From contig JBQCEX010000109.1 of assembly GCA_051959855.1 (NCBI GenBank), positions 1 through 26,497 on the forward strand: DNA of 26,497 bases. The letters are read 5' to 3'. Under the pieces are notes generated by a model. That model had not been told where the DNA came from and did no database searches. It was given only the letters and a program-made list of their open reading frames with translations. Of this stretch, positions 1-7,677 are shown piece after piece. Origin of the DNA: Flavipsychrobacter sp. Its GTDB lineage: Bacteria > Bacteroidota > Bacteroidia > Chitinophagales > Chitinophagaceae. A program made the position numbers and the translations under genes. Positions within the stretch are counted from its first letter, which is position 1; each line of letters begins with the position of its first letter.

Positions 1-31
1 CACTGTCAATTTTCACAAGGTGATCGGGCAT
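1..31 (-). CDS. 5' end of a gene running off the left edge (MPDHLVKIDS...), possibly a flavodoxin/ferredoxin reductase-like FAD-binding oxidoreductase
   Basis: ATG at 31-29 on the minus strand with an open frame to the window edge, ~10 nt downstream of an ECF-like -10 element. The N-terminus is reminiscent of Bacteroidota 'HIVKIKSI' FAD-binding reductases, but only 10 codons are visible. Confidence 0.3.
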   Translation of the reverse strand, partial: MPDHLVKIDS

Positions 32-40
32 ACCTAAATG

Positions 41-69
41 ATAGACGCCAATTCATCTCAAAACGTTAA
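41..69 (-). promoter_or_regulatory. Candidate ECF sigma promoter (TTAACG-N16-CGTCTAT)
   Basis: Minus strand reads ttaacg ttttgagatgaattgg cgtctat: AAC in the -35 position, a 16-nt spacer and CGT in the -10 position, just upstream of the ATG at 31. Confidence 0.4.
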
Positions 70-127
70 TAAGAATAAATATTTTTTAAATCAATAAGGA
101 AAGACTGCACCTATTGCATTTCCATTG

Positions 128-1642
128 CTATTCTTTTGCCAACCGTAATACCTGCTCTCCATCGCTATTCGCCAGTCGTACAAAATAGATACCGGCTTGT
201 AGACTACCTAAGTTCAGGGGAATATTATAGCTACCGGTCGCCAATGTTTTTTGCTGCAATATTGTTTGTACGGCCCTTCCGTTTACATCATAAATTGTTA
301 TAAATGGCGCGTCCGGTTTACTCAGGCTAAAGTGCAATGTAGCCACATCATGCGAAGGATTAGGATATAAGCTAGCGTAGCTAAGTGTTGAAAATACAAA
401 AGGCACACCGGTATAGCCTTCCAGTTTTAATTTAAAAAAGTCAGCTTCTGCCTCATCAGCAAGACCCGCAAATGTAATAGTATGATCATTAGTATCAATC
501 GCCAGGCCTGCAAAGTTTGAAAAAGTAGTACGAGTATTAAAAAGCGAAAGCGGAACTGTAGTTGTTCCATTTGTGCCGAAGCTGCTATCATAGCTAAGGT
601 CTGGCTTATAGCTACTAACAAAATAGTTAGAGCTTTTAACCCCGGCACCTATAAAATTGCCGTTTGGCAATAGAGCTAAGGCTTCCAAAGGTTCATTTAC
701 GGGTGCCAATCCGTTTATCCCCCAGGTGCTGTCAATTATTCCATTTGCGGTAAATCTTTTGAGATAACTAGTAAAAGTAACAGTAGAATATGCAAAGGCT
801 AGTAGCTTCCCATCAGCTTGCTCAAGCAAAGATGCCAACCGCAACGTATCAACACTGGCTTTGCCATTTATACCAAAGCTGGAATCAATTTGTCCATTTG
901 CTGTTATTACCGAAAAATTATTTGAATGTATGGACGGACCTACAACACACATTTTACCACTTCGCAGCTGCACCAGGCCCTGTATACTTGTCAGGCTCGA
1001 ATCCGTTTTTAAAACACACATGCCATTTACACCAAATGTTGAATCATATGAGCCATCAGGCTTTAATTTTATAATGCATGCCACTGCATTGTCGAAAGAG
1101 TCAGCAGCTGTAGCGCCTATTACAATTTTATTATCTGGCTTAACTGCTACATCATAACCTGAAAAAATAATATTATTGCCTGGCGCTTTAATTATTGATG
1201 CGCCATTTATACCGAATGTAGAATCAAGTGTGCCATTGGTCTGCACCCTGATACAAATAAGCTTGTAAAGTCCATCTGTAAATATAAATCCGGTTGCAAG
1301 TATTTTGCCGTCGGCCTGCATAGCAGCACCGAAGCAATCAAAATTAGAGTCTATGGCGATGGAGGCTGTGCCCTTTATTCCAAAAGTATTATCCCTGCTG
1401 CCATCTTTTAAATAGCGTCTGATTACCATTCCGCCATCGCCGCTACCTGTATCGGCTAACACTATTGTCCCACCGCCACTTATTGGCATTAGTTGATAGA
1501 TATGGGCACTTAAACCGAATTTTGCTATCTGGTCTTTAAAATATCCATCAACTCCATAAGTCGAGTCCAAAGTGCCTGGTTGGGCAAAAGAACAAATGCT
1601 AACAAAAAGTAGTAACAGCAGAATGGGTAGAGGATGTTTCAT
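128..1642 (-). CDS. Delta-60 repeat (DUF5122 beta-propeller) protein with T9SS type A C-terminal sorting domain, paralog 1
   Basis: Sec signal peptide; recurring (L)DSTFG.NG / QADGKILATG repeats; C-terminal YPNP...IYDVNGR...LQAGIYFVRL...LAKE Por-secretion tail. Confidence 0.88.
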   Translation of the reverse strand: MKHPLPILLLLLFVSICSFAQPGTLDSTYGVDGYFKDQIAKFGLSAHIYQLMPISGGGTIVLADTGSGDGGMVIRRYLKDGSRDNTFGIKGTASIAIDSNFDCFGAAMQADGKILATGFIFTDGLYKLICIRVQTNGTLDSTFGINGASIIKAPGNNIIFSGYDVAVKPDNKIVIGATAADSFDNAVACIIKLKPDGSYDSTFGVNGMCVLKTDSSLTSIQGLVQLRSGKMCVVGPSIHSNNFSVITANGQIDSSFGINGKASVDTLRLASLLEQADGKLLAFAYSTVTFTSYLKRFTANGIIDSTWGINGLAPVNEPLEALALLPNGNFIGAGVKSSNYFVSSYKPDLSYDSSFGTNGTTTVPLSLFNTRTTFSNFAGLAIDTNDHTITFAGLADEAEADFFKLKLEGYTGVPFVFSTLSYASLYPNPSHDVATLHFSLSKPDAPFITIYDVNGRAVQTILQQKTLATGSYNIPLNLGSLQAGIYFVRLANSDGEQVLRLAKE

Positions 1643-1699
1643 ACAAAGAGCGAGGTTTAGGTAAAAAGACTGTTTTTCAAGCCCTAAAGTAGAAGCATT

Positions 1700-1717
1700 T
1701 TTGTAAAATAAATGTCA
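1700..1717. promoter_or_regulatory. TTTGTAA-N4-AATGTCA element upstream of delta-60 paralog 1
   Basis: The same half-sites and spacing recur at 3551-3568 at nearly the same distance from the paralog 2 start codon. Confidence 0.45.
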
Positions 1718-1819
1718 CAAAGAAAAATAATGAAATACCTTTTTACCTTTCGTTATCATAACAAGTTAATTCTCAGCACCCTATTTTTTTCAATCTTTTT
1801 TGCTCCCGGTCAATACCAA

Positions 1820-1850
1820 AGATAATAGCCCCCTTGAGAGGTCATTATCT
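1820..1850 (-). terminator. Probable intrinsic terminator of delta-60 paralog 2
   Basis: Minus strand agataat-gacctc-tcaa-gggggct-attatct forms an imperfect hairpin ~35 nt after the stop at 1885; the following U-tract is weak. Confidence 0.4.
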
Positions 1851-1884
1851 AATTGAATCAGTTGCTCATGATCAATATTTGCCG

Positions 1885-3495
1885 CTAATTTTTTATGATT
1901 GCTATTGATTTTTTTTCAAAACTGGTCTGCAAGGTAATAATATAGTTACCTGCTTGCAGGTCATCCATATCTACATCCATCTCGTGCTTTCCAACGGCAA
2001 AATTTTTGGATAAGGAAATTACTTTTATTATTCTTCCGGACATGTCATACAGTAGCGCCGATATGCGGATGGATGTGTTGAGTGAAAAGTAAATTTTTGT
2101 TTTGCTATTTGTAGGAACAGGATAGGCATACACCGATGTAAATGCTGAGTGGACCGATTGAACAGATGCATTTTCTTCAAGCTTGAACTTCATCAGGTTA
2201 ATGTTTTTTCGCGGGTCGCTTGTAGTGCTTAGCCCACCCAGTATTATTGATTTGCTGTACAGATCTATTGCCATGTCCCTGGTCTTGTCTACCGTATAGA
2301 AGCCGCTGCCCGAAATAGCAACATCCGTACTGCCATCCGTACCAAATGAACTATCGATGTACCCATTAGCATTAAATCTTGCTACCACATAGGTAAACCC
2401 GTTGGTGCCGGGCGCAATGGTGGAAACTCCCCCGAAAATTAATTTTCCGGTTGACTTAATATCCATGAAGCATGGATTTTGGTTAGGATAAAAATAGGTG
2501 CTCGTAATGCCGTTTTCACCCCATGTGCTGTCCGCACTTCCGTTTTCATTTAGCCTGTGCAGATAGTAGTCCAGCCAGTATGCGGGGTGCATGCTTGTAT
2601 CATAGGTTTCAACAACCCCTATCAGCTTTTTGTCAGGCTGCTCTATAATTCCATATCCGTATGCTGAAGAATCATAGCTATAAGTAACTACGCCATCATG
2701 GCCAAAAGTAGAATCAATGATACCATTGGTATTAATGCGCATTATGACAGCTTTATAAATTCGGCCAAAATTATAGTTGCCGGCTAATGCAATTTTCCCC
2801 GATTGCAGTATAGTGGCATCATTAAGCATATCATCAAATGATCCGAAGCTTTTTGTAAACAGACCATTTTTACCGAAGCTAATATCCGGACTCCCGTTAG
2901 CATTTACACGCAGCAGTGCCCAGGAAAAACTAAAATTGCTGTCAACTGCCTGTCCTGCTATCACGATTCGGCCATCTGCTTGTATAAGTGGCTTGCTGCC
3001 AAACAAGCATAAAAAGTGGCTAGGCTTCATGCCTATAGTAACGCCGTTATTGCCGAAAGATGAATCTAATGTTCCATCAGCATTTATTCTTGCAACCGCA
3101 AGATCATACACATAGTTTATGAAATCAGTTTCCCGGTAGCCTGCAACTACAATTTTACCATCACTTTGAAGGGCTGCGCCGGTAAGGTAAATGTTTCGGC
3201 CCAGGCGACAATAAGCTGTGCCATCTGTCCCAAAGCTCCGGTCCACCGTTCCATCAGCCTGGTATCGCCTTATGCCAAGTTCTTCTAGTGTGTCTTTTAG
3301 TACATTGCCCAGCATCAAAATTTTTCCATTGCCTAATGCTATGGTTTTAAACATATCGTTGTCCAGCGATGTGGTAAGAAATGAATCTGTCACAATTCCG
3401 TGTTCACCAAACGATGAATCAAGCCTTCCAACCTGGCAATAAGCACTATAAGGAAGTAATAACACGAGAAGGATAGGTAAAAATCGATAGGACAT
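1885..3495 (-). CDS. Delta-60 repeat (DUF5122) protein with T9SS type A sorting domain, paralog 2
   Basis: Signal peptide; LDSSFG..G / QSDGKIVVAG repeats; C-terminal YPVPT...LYDMSGR...LQAGNYIITL...IIKN. Confidence 0.88.
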   Translation of the reverse strand: MSYRFLPILLVLLLPYSAYCQVGRLDSSFGEHGIVTDSFLTTSLDNDMFKTIALGNGKILMLGNVLKDTLEELGIRRYQADGTVDRSFGTDGTAYCRLGRNIYLTGAALQSDGKIVVAGYRETDFINYVYDLAVARINADGTLDSSFGNNGVTIGMKPSHFLCLFGSKPLIQADGRIVIAGQAVDSNFSFSWALLRVNANGSPDISFGKNGLFTKSFGSFDDMLNDATILQSGKIALAGNYNFGRIYKAVIMRINTNGIIDSTFGHDGVVTYSYDSSAYGYGIIEQPDKKLIGVVETYDTSMHPAYWLDYYLHRLNENGSADSTWGENGITSTYFYPNQNPCFMDIKSTGKLIFGGVSTIAPGTNGFTYVVARFNANGYIDSSFGTDGSTDVAISGSGFYTVDKTRDMAIDLYSKSIILGGLSTTSDPRKNINLMKFKLEENASVQSVHSAFTSVYAYPVPTNSKTKIYFSLNTSIRISALLYDMSGRIIKVISLSKNFAVGKHEMDVDMDDLQAGNYIITLQTSFEKKSIAIIKN

Positions 3496-3546
3496 GACTG
3501 CGAACGGTTTAACACAAAGACGATATTTTTTGCCTGAAAAACAAAA

Positions 3547-3554
3547 TACCTTTG
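3547..3554 (+). promoter_or_regulatory. Bacteroidota sigma-A -7 box (TACCTTTG) upstream of the AraC gene
   Basis: Exact match to the TAnnTTTG consensus ~100 nt before the ATG at 3651. Confidence 0.5.
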
Positions 3555-3568
3555 TAAGTAGAATGTCA
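3551..3568. promoter_or_regulatory. TTTGTAA-N4-AATGTCA element upstream of delta-60 paralog 2
   Basis: tttgtaa gtag aatgtca, matching 1700-1717. Confidence 0.45.
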
Positions 3569-3650
3569 TATAAACAATTCAGGCATTTTTTTGAGAATTA
3601 CTTTTCAAAAGGCATTTAAAAAAAAATGCGACATTTATAGCTCAACCTTT

Positions 3651-4499
3651 ATGGAGCCGATCATCACTACAGGTACTGTCAAAACTATCCAGGCTATTAA
3701 TCTCAATGGTCATGCGCCATGCTATTATGCCCGCTGCACTCATCCGCAGCTAAGCCGTTTTGTCGATTACTATATACAAGTTCAGGGGGCAGGCAGAACG
3801 CTTGATAAAGATATTCAGCCACGCCCTGGTGCATCACTCATTTTCGATTTTAATGGTATTCTGTTCAACGATCAGTTTTTTGCGCACAATGCACTGGCAG
3901 GCATTCACGAACAGGCCTACAATATCAAACCCCGTACGCAAGAGGCTGACTGTTTCACCGTTAAGCTAAGCGCTTATGGCTTAAGCCGCTTCACTCAGTT
4001 ACCTGTAGATACATTTACCAATCATATAGTGGAAGCAAAGGTTGCCTTCGGTGACAGCATTGCTGAGTTATATGATACCATGGGCCGGCTGAAAGAATTT
4101 GAAGAACGGATAGCACTTGCTGAAGCTTACCTTGCTGATCATCTTCTGCCTGCAGATGAAATGGATGACTACATCTGGCAAATTGCTGACAAGATATATG
4201 CAGAAGATGGTAATAGCGCTTTTGATGCCATTCGTGCTATGGCGCCAATGAGTATCAGGCAACTGGAGCGCCGCTTTCGTAGTATAGTAGGTGTAGGCAT
4301 CCGCTCTTACATGCGCATTTGCAGGTTTAGCAAGGCAAACGAACTGCTTATTACACAACCTCATAGTGCACTCACTCATGTAGGCTATGAGGCAGGTTAC
4401 TACGATCAGGCACATTTTTCCCGCCACTTTAAAGATGTTACGCACCTTGCGCCTAAAGACTATGTCCCTTGTGCCCCTGCCCTGAACGGTCGTAAATAA
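3651..4499 (+). CDS. AraC-family transcriptional regulator with DUF6597-type N-terminal domain
   Basis: C-terminal double HTH (MSIRQLERRFRSIVG...GYYDQAHFSRHFK) and N-terminal HPQLSRFVDYY. The ATG at 3651 is preferred over the TTG at 3591. Confidence 0.9.
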   Translation: MEPIITTGTVKTIQAINLNGHAPCYYARCTHPQLSRFVDYYIQVQGAGRTLDKDIQPRPGASLIFDFNGILFNDQFFAHNALAGIHEQAYNIKPRTQEADCFTVKLSAYGLSRFTQLPVDTFTNHIVEAKVAFGDSIAELYDTMGRLKEFEERIALAEAYLADHLLPADEMDDYIWQIADKIYAEDGNSAFDAIRAMAPMSIRQLERRFRSIVGVGIRSYMRICRFSKANELLITQPHSALTHVGYEAGYYDQAHFSRHFKDVTHLAPKDYVPCAPALNGRK

Positions 4500-4541
4500 G
4501 TTTTTGTCGTGCTCGTACAATTTCTGCCAGCCACACTCAGG

Positions 4542-4549
4542 TAGTTTTG
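4542..4549 (+). promoter_or_regulatory. Sigma-A -7 box (TAGTTTTG) for the SDR gene
   Basis: Exact TAnnTTTG match 16 nt before the ATG at 4565. Confidence 0.5.
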
Positions 4550-4564
4550 TCAAAAAATTATTTC

Positions 4565-5380
4565 ATGGACTTAGGGTTAAAAGGCAGAACAATTTTCATC
4601 ACTGGCGGCAGCAATGGCATAGGAAAAGCAACAGCTTTGCTCCTTGCAGAAGAAAAAGGACTCAACATCACCATCAGCTATTTTAAGAACAAGGAAAATG
4701 CGGATGCCATCGTGCAGCAGATAAATGCATCAGGCAATAATGGCTTAGCAGTATATCTCGATCTTGCGGACCACAATTCCATCAGGCAGGCAGTTGCAGA
4801 AATAAATAACACTTTTGGTGGTATTGATGTGCTGGTAAACAATGCAGTGCAATGGGGCAACCCTGCCAATCGCGGAAAAGCTTTTGAAGAGTTGCCCATC
4901 GACCAATGGCAGGAATTGATCAGTATAAATCTTTTTGGCACTATCCTGCTTACGCAGCTTGCAGTGCCGCACATGCGCCGCAGCAAGTGGGGCCGCATCA
5001 TCAATGTCTCCAGCGATGTCGGCTACGACAGCATGAAAGGTTCCGGCCCTTACAGCACGCTTAAAACAGCCCTGAATGGATTCACCGCTAATCTGGTCAT
5101 AGAGCTTTCTGCTGATGGCGTGCTGAGCAATGTGGTTATCCCCAGCTGGACACTTACCGATAGGGCGCTCGGCAATTTTCCTGAAGCATTTCGCGAGCTG
5201 GCAGTAAAAGCATATCCCACAGGCCGCATTACCACTCCTGAGGATATTGCTGCTATGATTGTATTTCTCGGCTCAGCCGCAAATGGACATGTAAATGGAG
5301 AGCAGATACGTGTAACCGGCAAAAATTCTCAATCTATGCTTGCATCAATATTTCATGACTATACTATGAATAAAAAGTGA
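4565..5380 (+). CDS. Short-chain dehydrogenase/reductase (SDR, FabG-like)
   Basis: MDLGLKGR start, TGGSNGIG Rossmann motif, VLVNNA, catalytic YxxxK (YSTLK). Confidence 0.92.
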   Translation: MDLGLKGRTIFITGGSNGIGKATALLLAEEKGLNITISYFKNKENADAIVQQINASGNNGLAVYLDLADHNSIRQAVAEINNTFGGIDVLVNNAVQWGNPANRGKAFEELPIDQWQELISINLFGTILLTQLAVPHMRRSKWGRIINVSSDVGYDSMKGSGPYSTLKTALNGFTANLVIELSADGVLSNVVIPSWTLTDRALGNFPEAFRELAVKAYPTGRITTPEDIAAMIVFLGSAANGHVNGEQIRVTGKNSQSMLASIFHDYTMNKK

Positions 5381-5443
5381 GTAACCTAATATAATTGTAC
5401 AAAGCTGCTATAAGCCTGCCTTACAGCATTAAGGCAATCCTCC

Positions 5444-5466
5444 CATGCCGGCGTCTCGCCGGCATG
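5444..5466. repeat. Perfect GC-rich palindrome CATGCCGGCG-TCT-CGCCGGCATG (REP-like hairpin)
   Basis: 10-bp perfect stem with a 3-nt loop in an AT-rich intergenic region; no U-tract on either side. Confidence 0.75.
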
Positions 5467-5574
5467 TTCACGCCGAACAAGTAAAATAGTTCAAGCTAAA
5501 TGACGTCATCATAATCCAACTGCTTGCTTCAAAAACACTTTTTGAAATTTTTAATTTTTACTTTTTAATTGAAT

Positions 5575-5897
5575 AATGTGGACATCTTAATTTGGAACCT
5601 ACCCTTTCCGCATAGTACCTTGCAACATACCTCTTTCAGAGGGGCGGGTTATGTTTAATACATGTCGCCATTAGCTAATCATCATATCAGCTAATTGGTA
5701 AGTTCTTTGACATACTGTAAACTCTAACATCTATTAGCTCATCAGCTGATCATCACATTGTCTAATTTTAAATGCGACATTTTGTAACCTTTTGGGTAGT
5801 TTTTGCGTAGTAATGTTACTTTCTATAAAAGTATCATAACTCAGTAAATACAAGGCATCTGGCCGAATGAGCCTAATAAAATGTCCCAAAAGAAAAA
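5575..5897 (+). repeat. Dispersed modular repeat, copy 1
   Basis: Four blocks match the reverse complement of 12161-12461: A 5575-5597 (23/23), B 5704-5725 (20/22), C 5770-5822 (52/53), D 5878-5897 (20/20). Confidence 0.9.
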
Positions 5898-5923
5898 ATC
5901 CAGTGGCCTGTTACATTAATGCC

Positions 5924-5956
5924 CAAAAGAAAGCGGATAGCTGTTTGCCATCCGCT
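5924..5956 (-). terminator. Intrinsic terminator of delta-60 paralog 3
   Basis: Minus strand AGCGGATGGC-aaaca-GCTATCCGCT (10-bp stem, one G-U) followed by TTCTTTTG, ~20 nt after the stop at 5978. Confidence 0.75.
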
Positions 5957-5977
5957 CAATCAACATAGGACCCTGGT

Positions 5978-7579
5978 TTAATATTTCGTCACCTTCATTA
6001 CATCATGTTGGTGGTCACACCACATGTTCAGGAAGTAGTGCCCAGGTACCAGGTCATGCATATCCACAGATAAATGCTGCCTGCCATTTAGCATTAAGTT
6101 ATTGACTGAAACTATTTTTAAGGTCCGTCCGGTTATATCATTCAGTGTGATGTAGACATGTGCGGGCTCCTTCAGGTAAAAATCTAATTGCGTTTTGTCT
6201 GCTGCAGGATTAGGATATACCGATATGTTGGTGACTGTCGTTTGTATCGTTGGTACTGCCACATTATGTTCCAGCTTGTACTTCATCAGGTTCAAATTGG
6301 CATAATTCGTTACACCCGAAAGAACTAATGTTTTACTGTAAAGGTCAACTGACATAGCGTAGGGGTAATCTTCTACAGCGCTGCTGTTAGGTAAATATGT
6401 TTCTGTAACGCCAGCCATACCGAAGCTGTTATCGGGGCTGCCGTCGCTGTTAAAGCGCGCTACTATATAAAGATAACCTGTCAATGCACTGTCTGATGAG
6501 GCCCTTCCGCCAAACAGCAGTTTGCCGGTACTTTTTATATCCAGGAAACATGGGTAATCTCCGGGAAGGAAATGTGTCTTTACTACACCGCTGCTGCCCC
6601 AGCTATTGTCCGTGCTGCCATCTTCATTCAGTCGCAACAGGAAGCAATCGGGCACAAAGGCACTGTGATTTGCTGTATCTGTTGCTACAACACCGGCAAT
6701 CAATTTCTTATCAGATTGTTCTACTATAGCATAACCATAGTTAGCATTGCCACCAAAGTTTCGGGTTACCACACCGTCTGTCCCAAAGGTAGAGTCAACA
6801 CTGCCGTTGGTGTTCACACGCATCGCTGCTATGGTCCATGCTGGGTTTGAATAATAATCGCCCAATACGACAATCTTGCCGCTTTGTAACAAAGCCATAC
6901 TATAGAGGTTATTATATTTAGGCACAAAGCTCTTGATAAGCATGCCTGTACCATTAAAGCTTAGATCAGGTGAGCCATCGGCATTTAAACGGCTGATCAT
7001 AAATTGGGAATAATAGGCGGTATCTACGGCTGTTCCTGCCAATAATATTTTGCCATCACTTTGTACAGCTATTTGTTTCCCCGCCAGGCCGCTGTATCCT
7101 GCAGGCGGACTGATGCGTACCACTCCATCAGTGCCAAAGGTAGAATCCAGGTTACCGTCGGTTTTTACCCGCATGCACAGCAGCTTGTTTGTATATACAT
7201 TGGCATATCCGGTTATCAATATTTTACCGTCAGCCAGCATCGTAGCATCCAGGCCATATGTTGTAGTGTCAACTGATAGATATGAAATTCCCTTCCCACC
7301 ATGATAGCTCATATCCACAGCTCCATTTTCCAGGTATCTGTGCAGGACAATAGTTACAAGAAAGCTATGTACGGTATCGCCCATTGCAAGCAAGCGGCCA
7401 TCGCCTAAGGGCATTATTTTGTAAATGCGGCTTTCACTAAGCGTCACTGCCGGTGCAGTCGTTAGGGAATCCGATACAATGCCGTTCACTCCAAAGGTGG
7501 AGTCTAAAGTCCCTATGCCGGTCTGCGCTTTCGCAACCGTGCCTATTATGGTCATAAGGAAGAGTAAAAGGGATTTCAT
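5978..7579 (-). CDS. Delta-60 repeat (DUF5122) protein with T9SS type A sorting domain, paralog 3
   Basis: Signal peptide; LDSTFG.NG / QSDGKILLAG repeats; C-terminal YPNPA...LNDITGR...LVPGHYFLNM...VTKY. Confidence 0.88.
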   Translation of the reverse strand: MKSLLLFLMTIIGTVAKAQTGIGTLDSTFGVNGIVSDSLTTAPAVTLSESRIYKIMPLGDGRLLAMGDTVHSFLVTIVLHRYLENGAVDMSYHGGKGISYLSVDTTTYGLDATMLADGKILITGYANVYTNKLLCMRVKTDGNLDSTFGTDGVVRISPPAGYSGLAGKQIAVQSDGKILLAGTAVDTAYYSQFMISRLNADGSPDLSFNGTGMLIKSFVPKYNNLYSMALLQSGKIVVLGDYYSNPAWTIAAMRVNTNGSVDSTFGTDGVVTRNFGGNANYGYAIVEQSDKKLIAGVVATDTANHSAFVPDCFLLRLNEDGSTDNSWGSSGVVKTHFLPGDYPCFLDIKSTGKLLFGGRASSDSALTGYLYIVARFNSDGSPDNSFGMAGVTETYLPNSSAVEDYPYAMSVDLYSKTLVLSGVTNYANLNLMKYKLEHNVAVPTIQTTVTNISVYPNPAADKTQLDFYLKEPAHVYITLNDITGRTLKIVSVNNLMLNGRQHLSVDMHDLVPGHYFLNMWCDHQHDVMKVTKY

Positions 7580-7623
7580 ATTAATTGTTTTTATATAAAG
7601 GTATAGTCTATATTAAATATTTT

Positions 7624-7642
7624 AAAATGATTCAATCATTTT
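7624..7642. promoter_or_regulatory. Perfect 19-bp palindrome AAAATGATT-C-AATCATTTT, candidate operator
   Basis: Perfect dyad in the short divergent spacer between delta-60 paralog 3 and paaY, 10 nt upstream of a TATTTTTG -7 box (7652-7659). Confidence 0.6.
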
Positions 7643-7677
7643 TTCAATAATTATTTTTGAACAGCAATTCCGTTGAT

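Noticed and set aside
1712-1858. ~48-codon plus-strand ORF (MSQRKIMKYLF...) between delta-60 paralogs 1 and 2
   Set aside because: It overlaps paralog 1's upstream region and paralog 2's terminator and shows no coding signature.
5605-5659. dif/pdif-like half-sites (CGCATAG and TTATGTTTAAT)
   Set aside because: The half-sites are ~33 nt apart rather than 6, and the XerD-like half is not conserved in copy 2.
427-7304. Many short ORFs antisense to or overlapping the delta-60, AraC and SDR genes
   Set aside because: They are shadow frames of well-supported genes and have no recognisable motifs.
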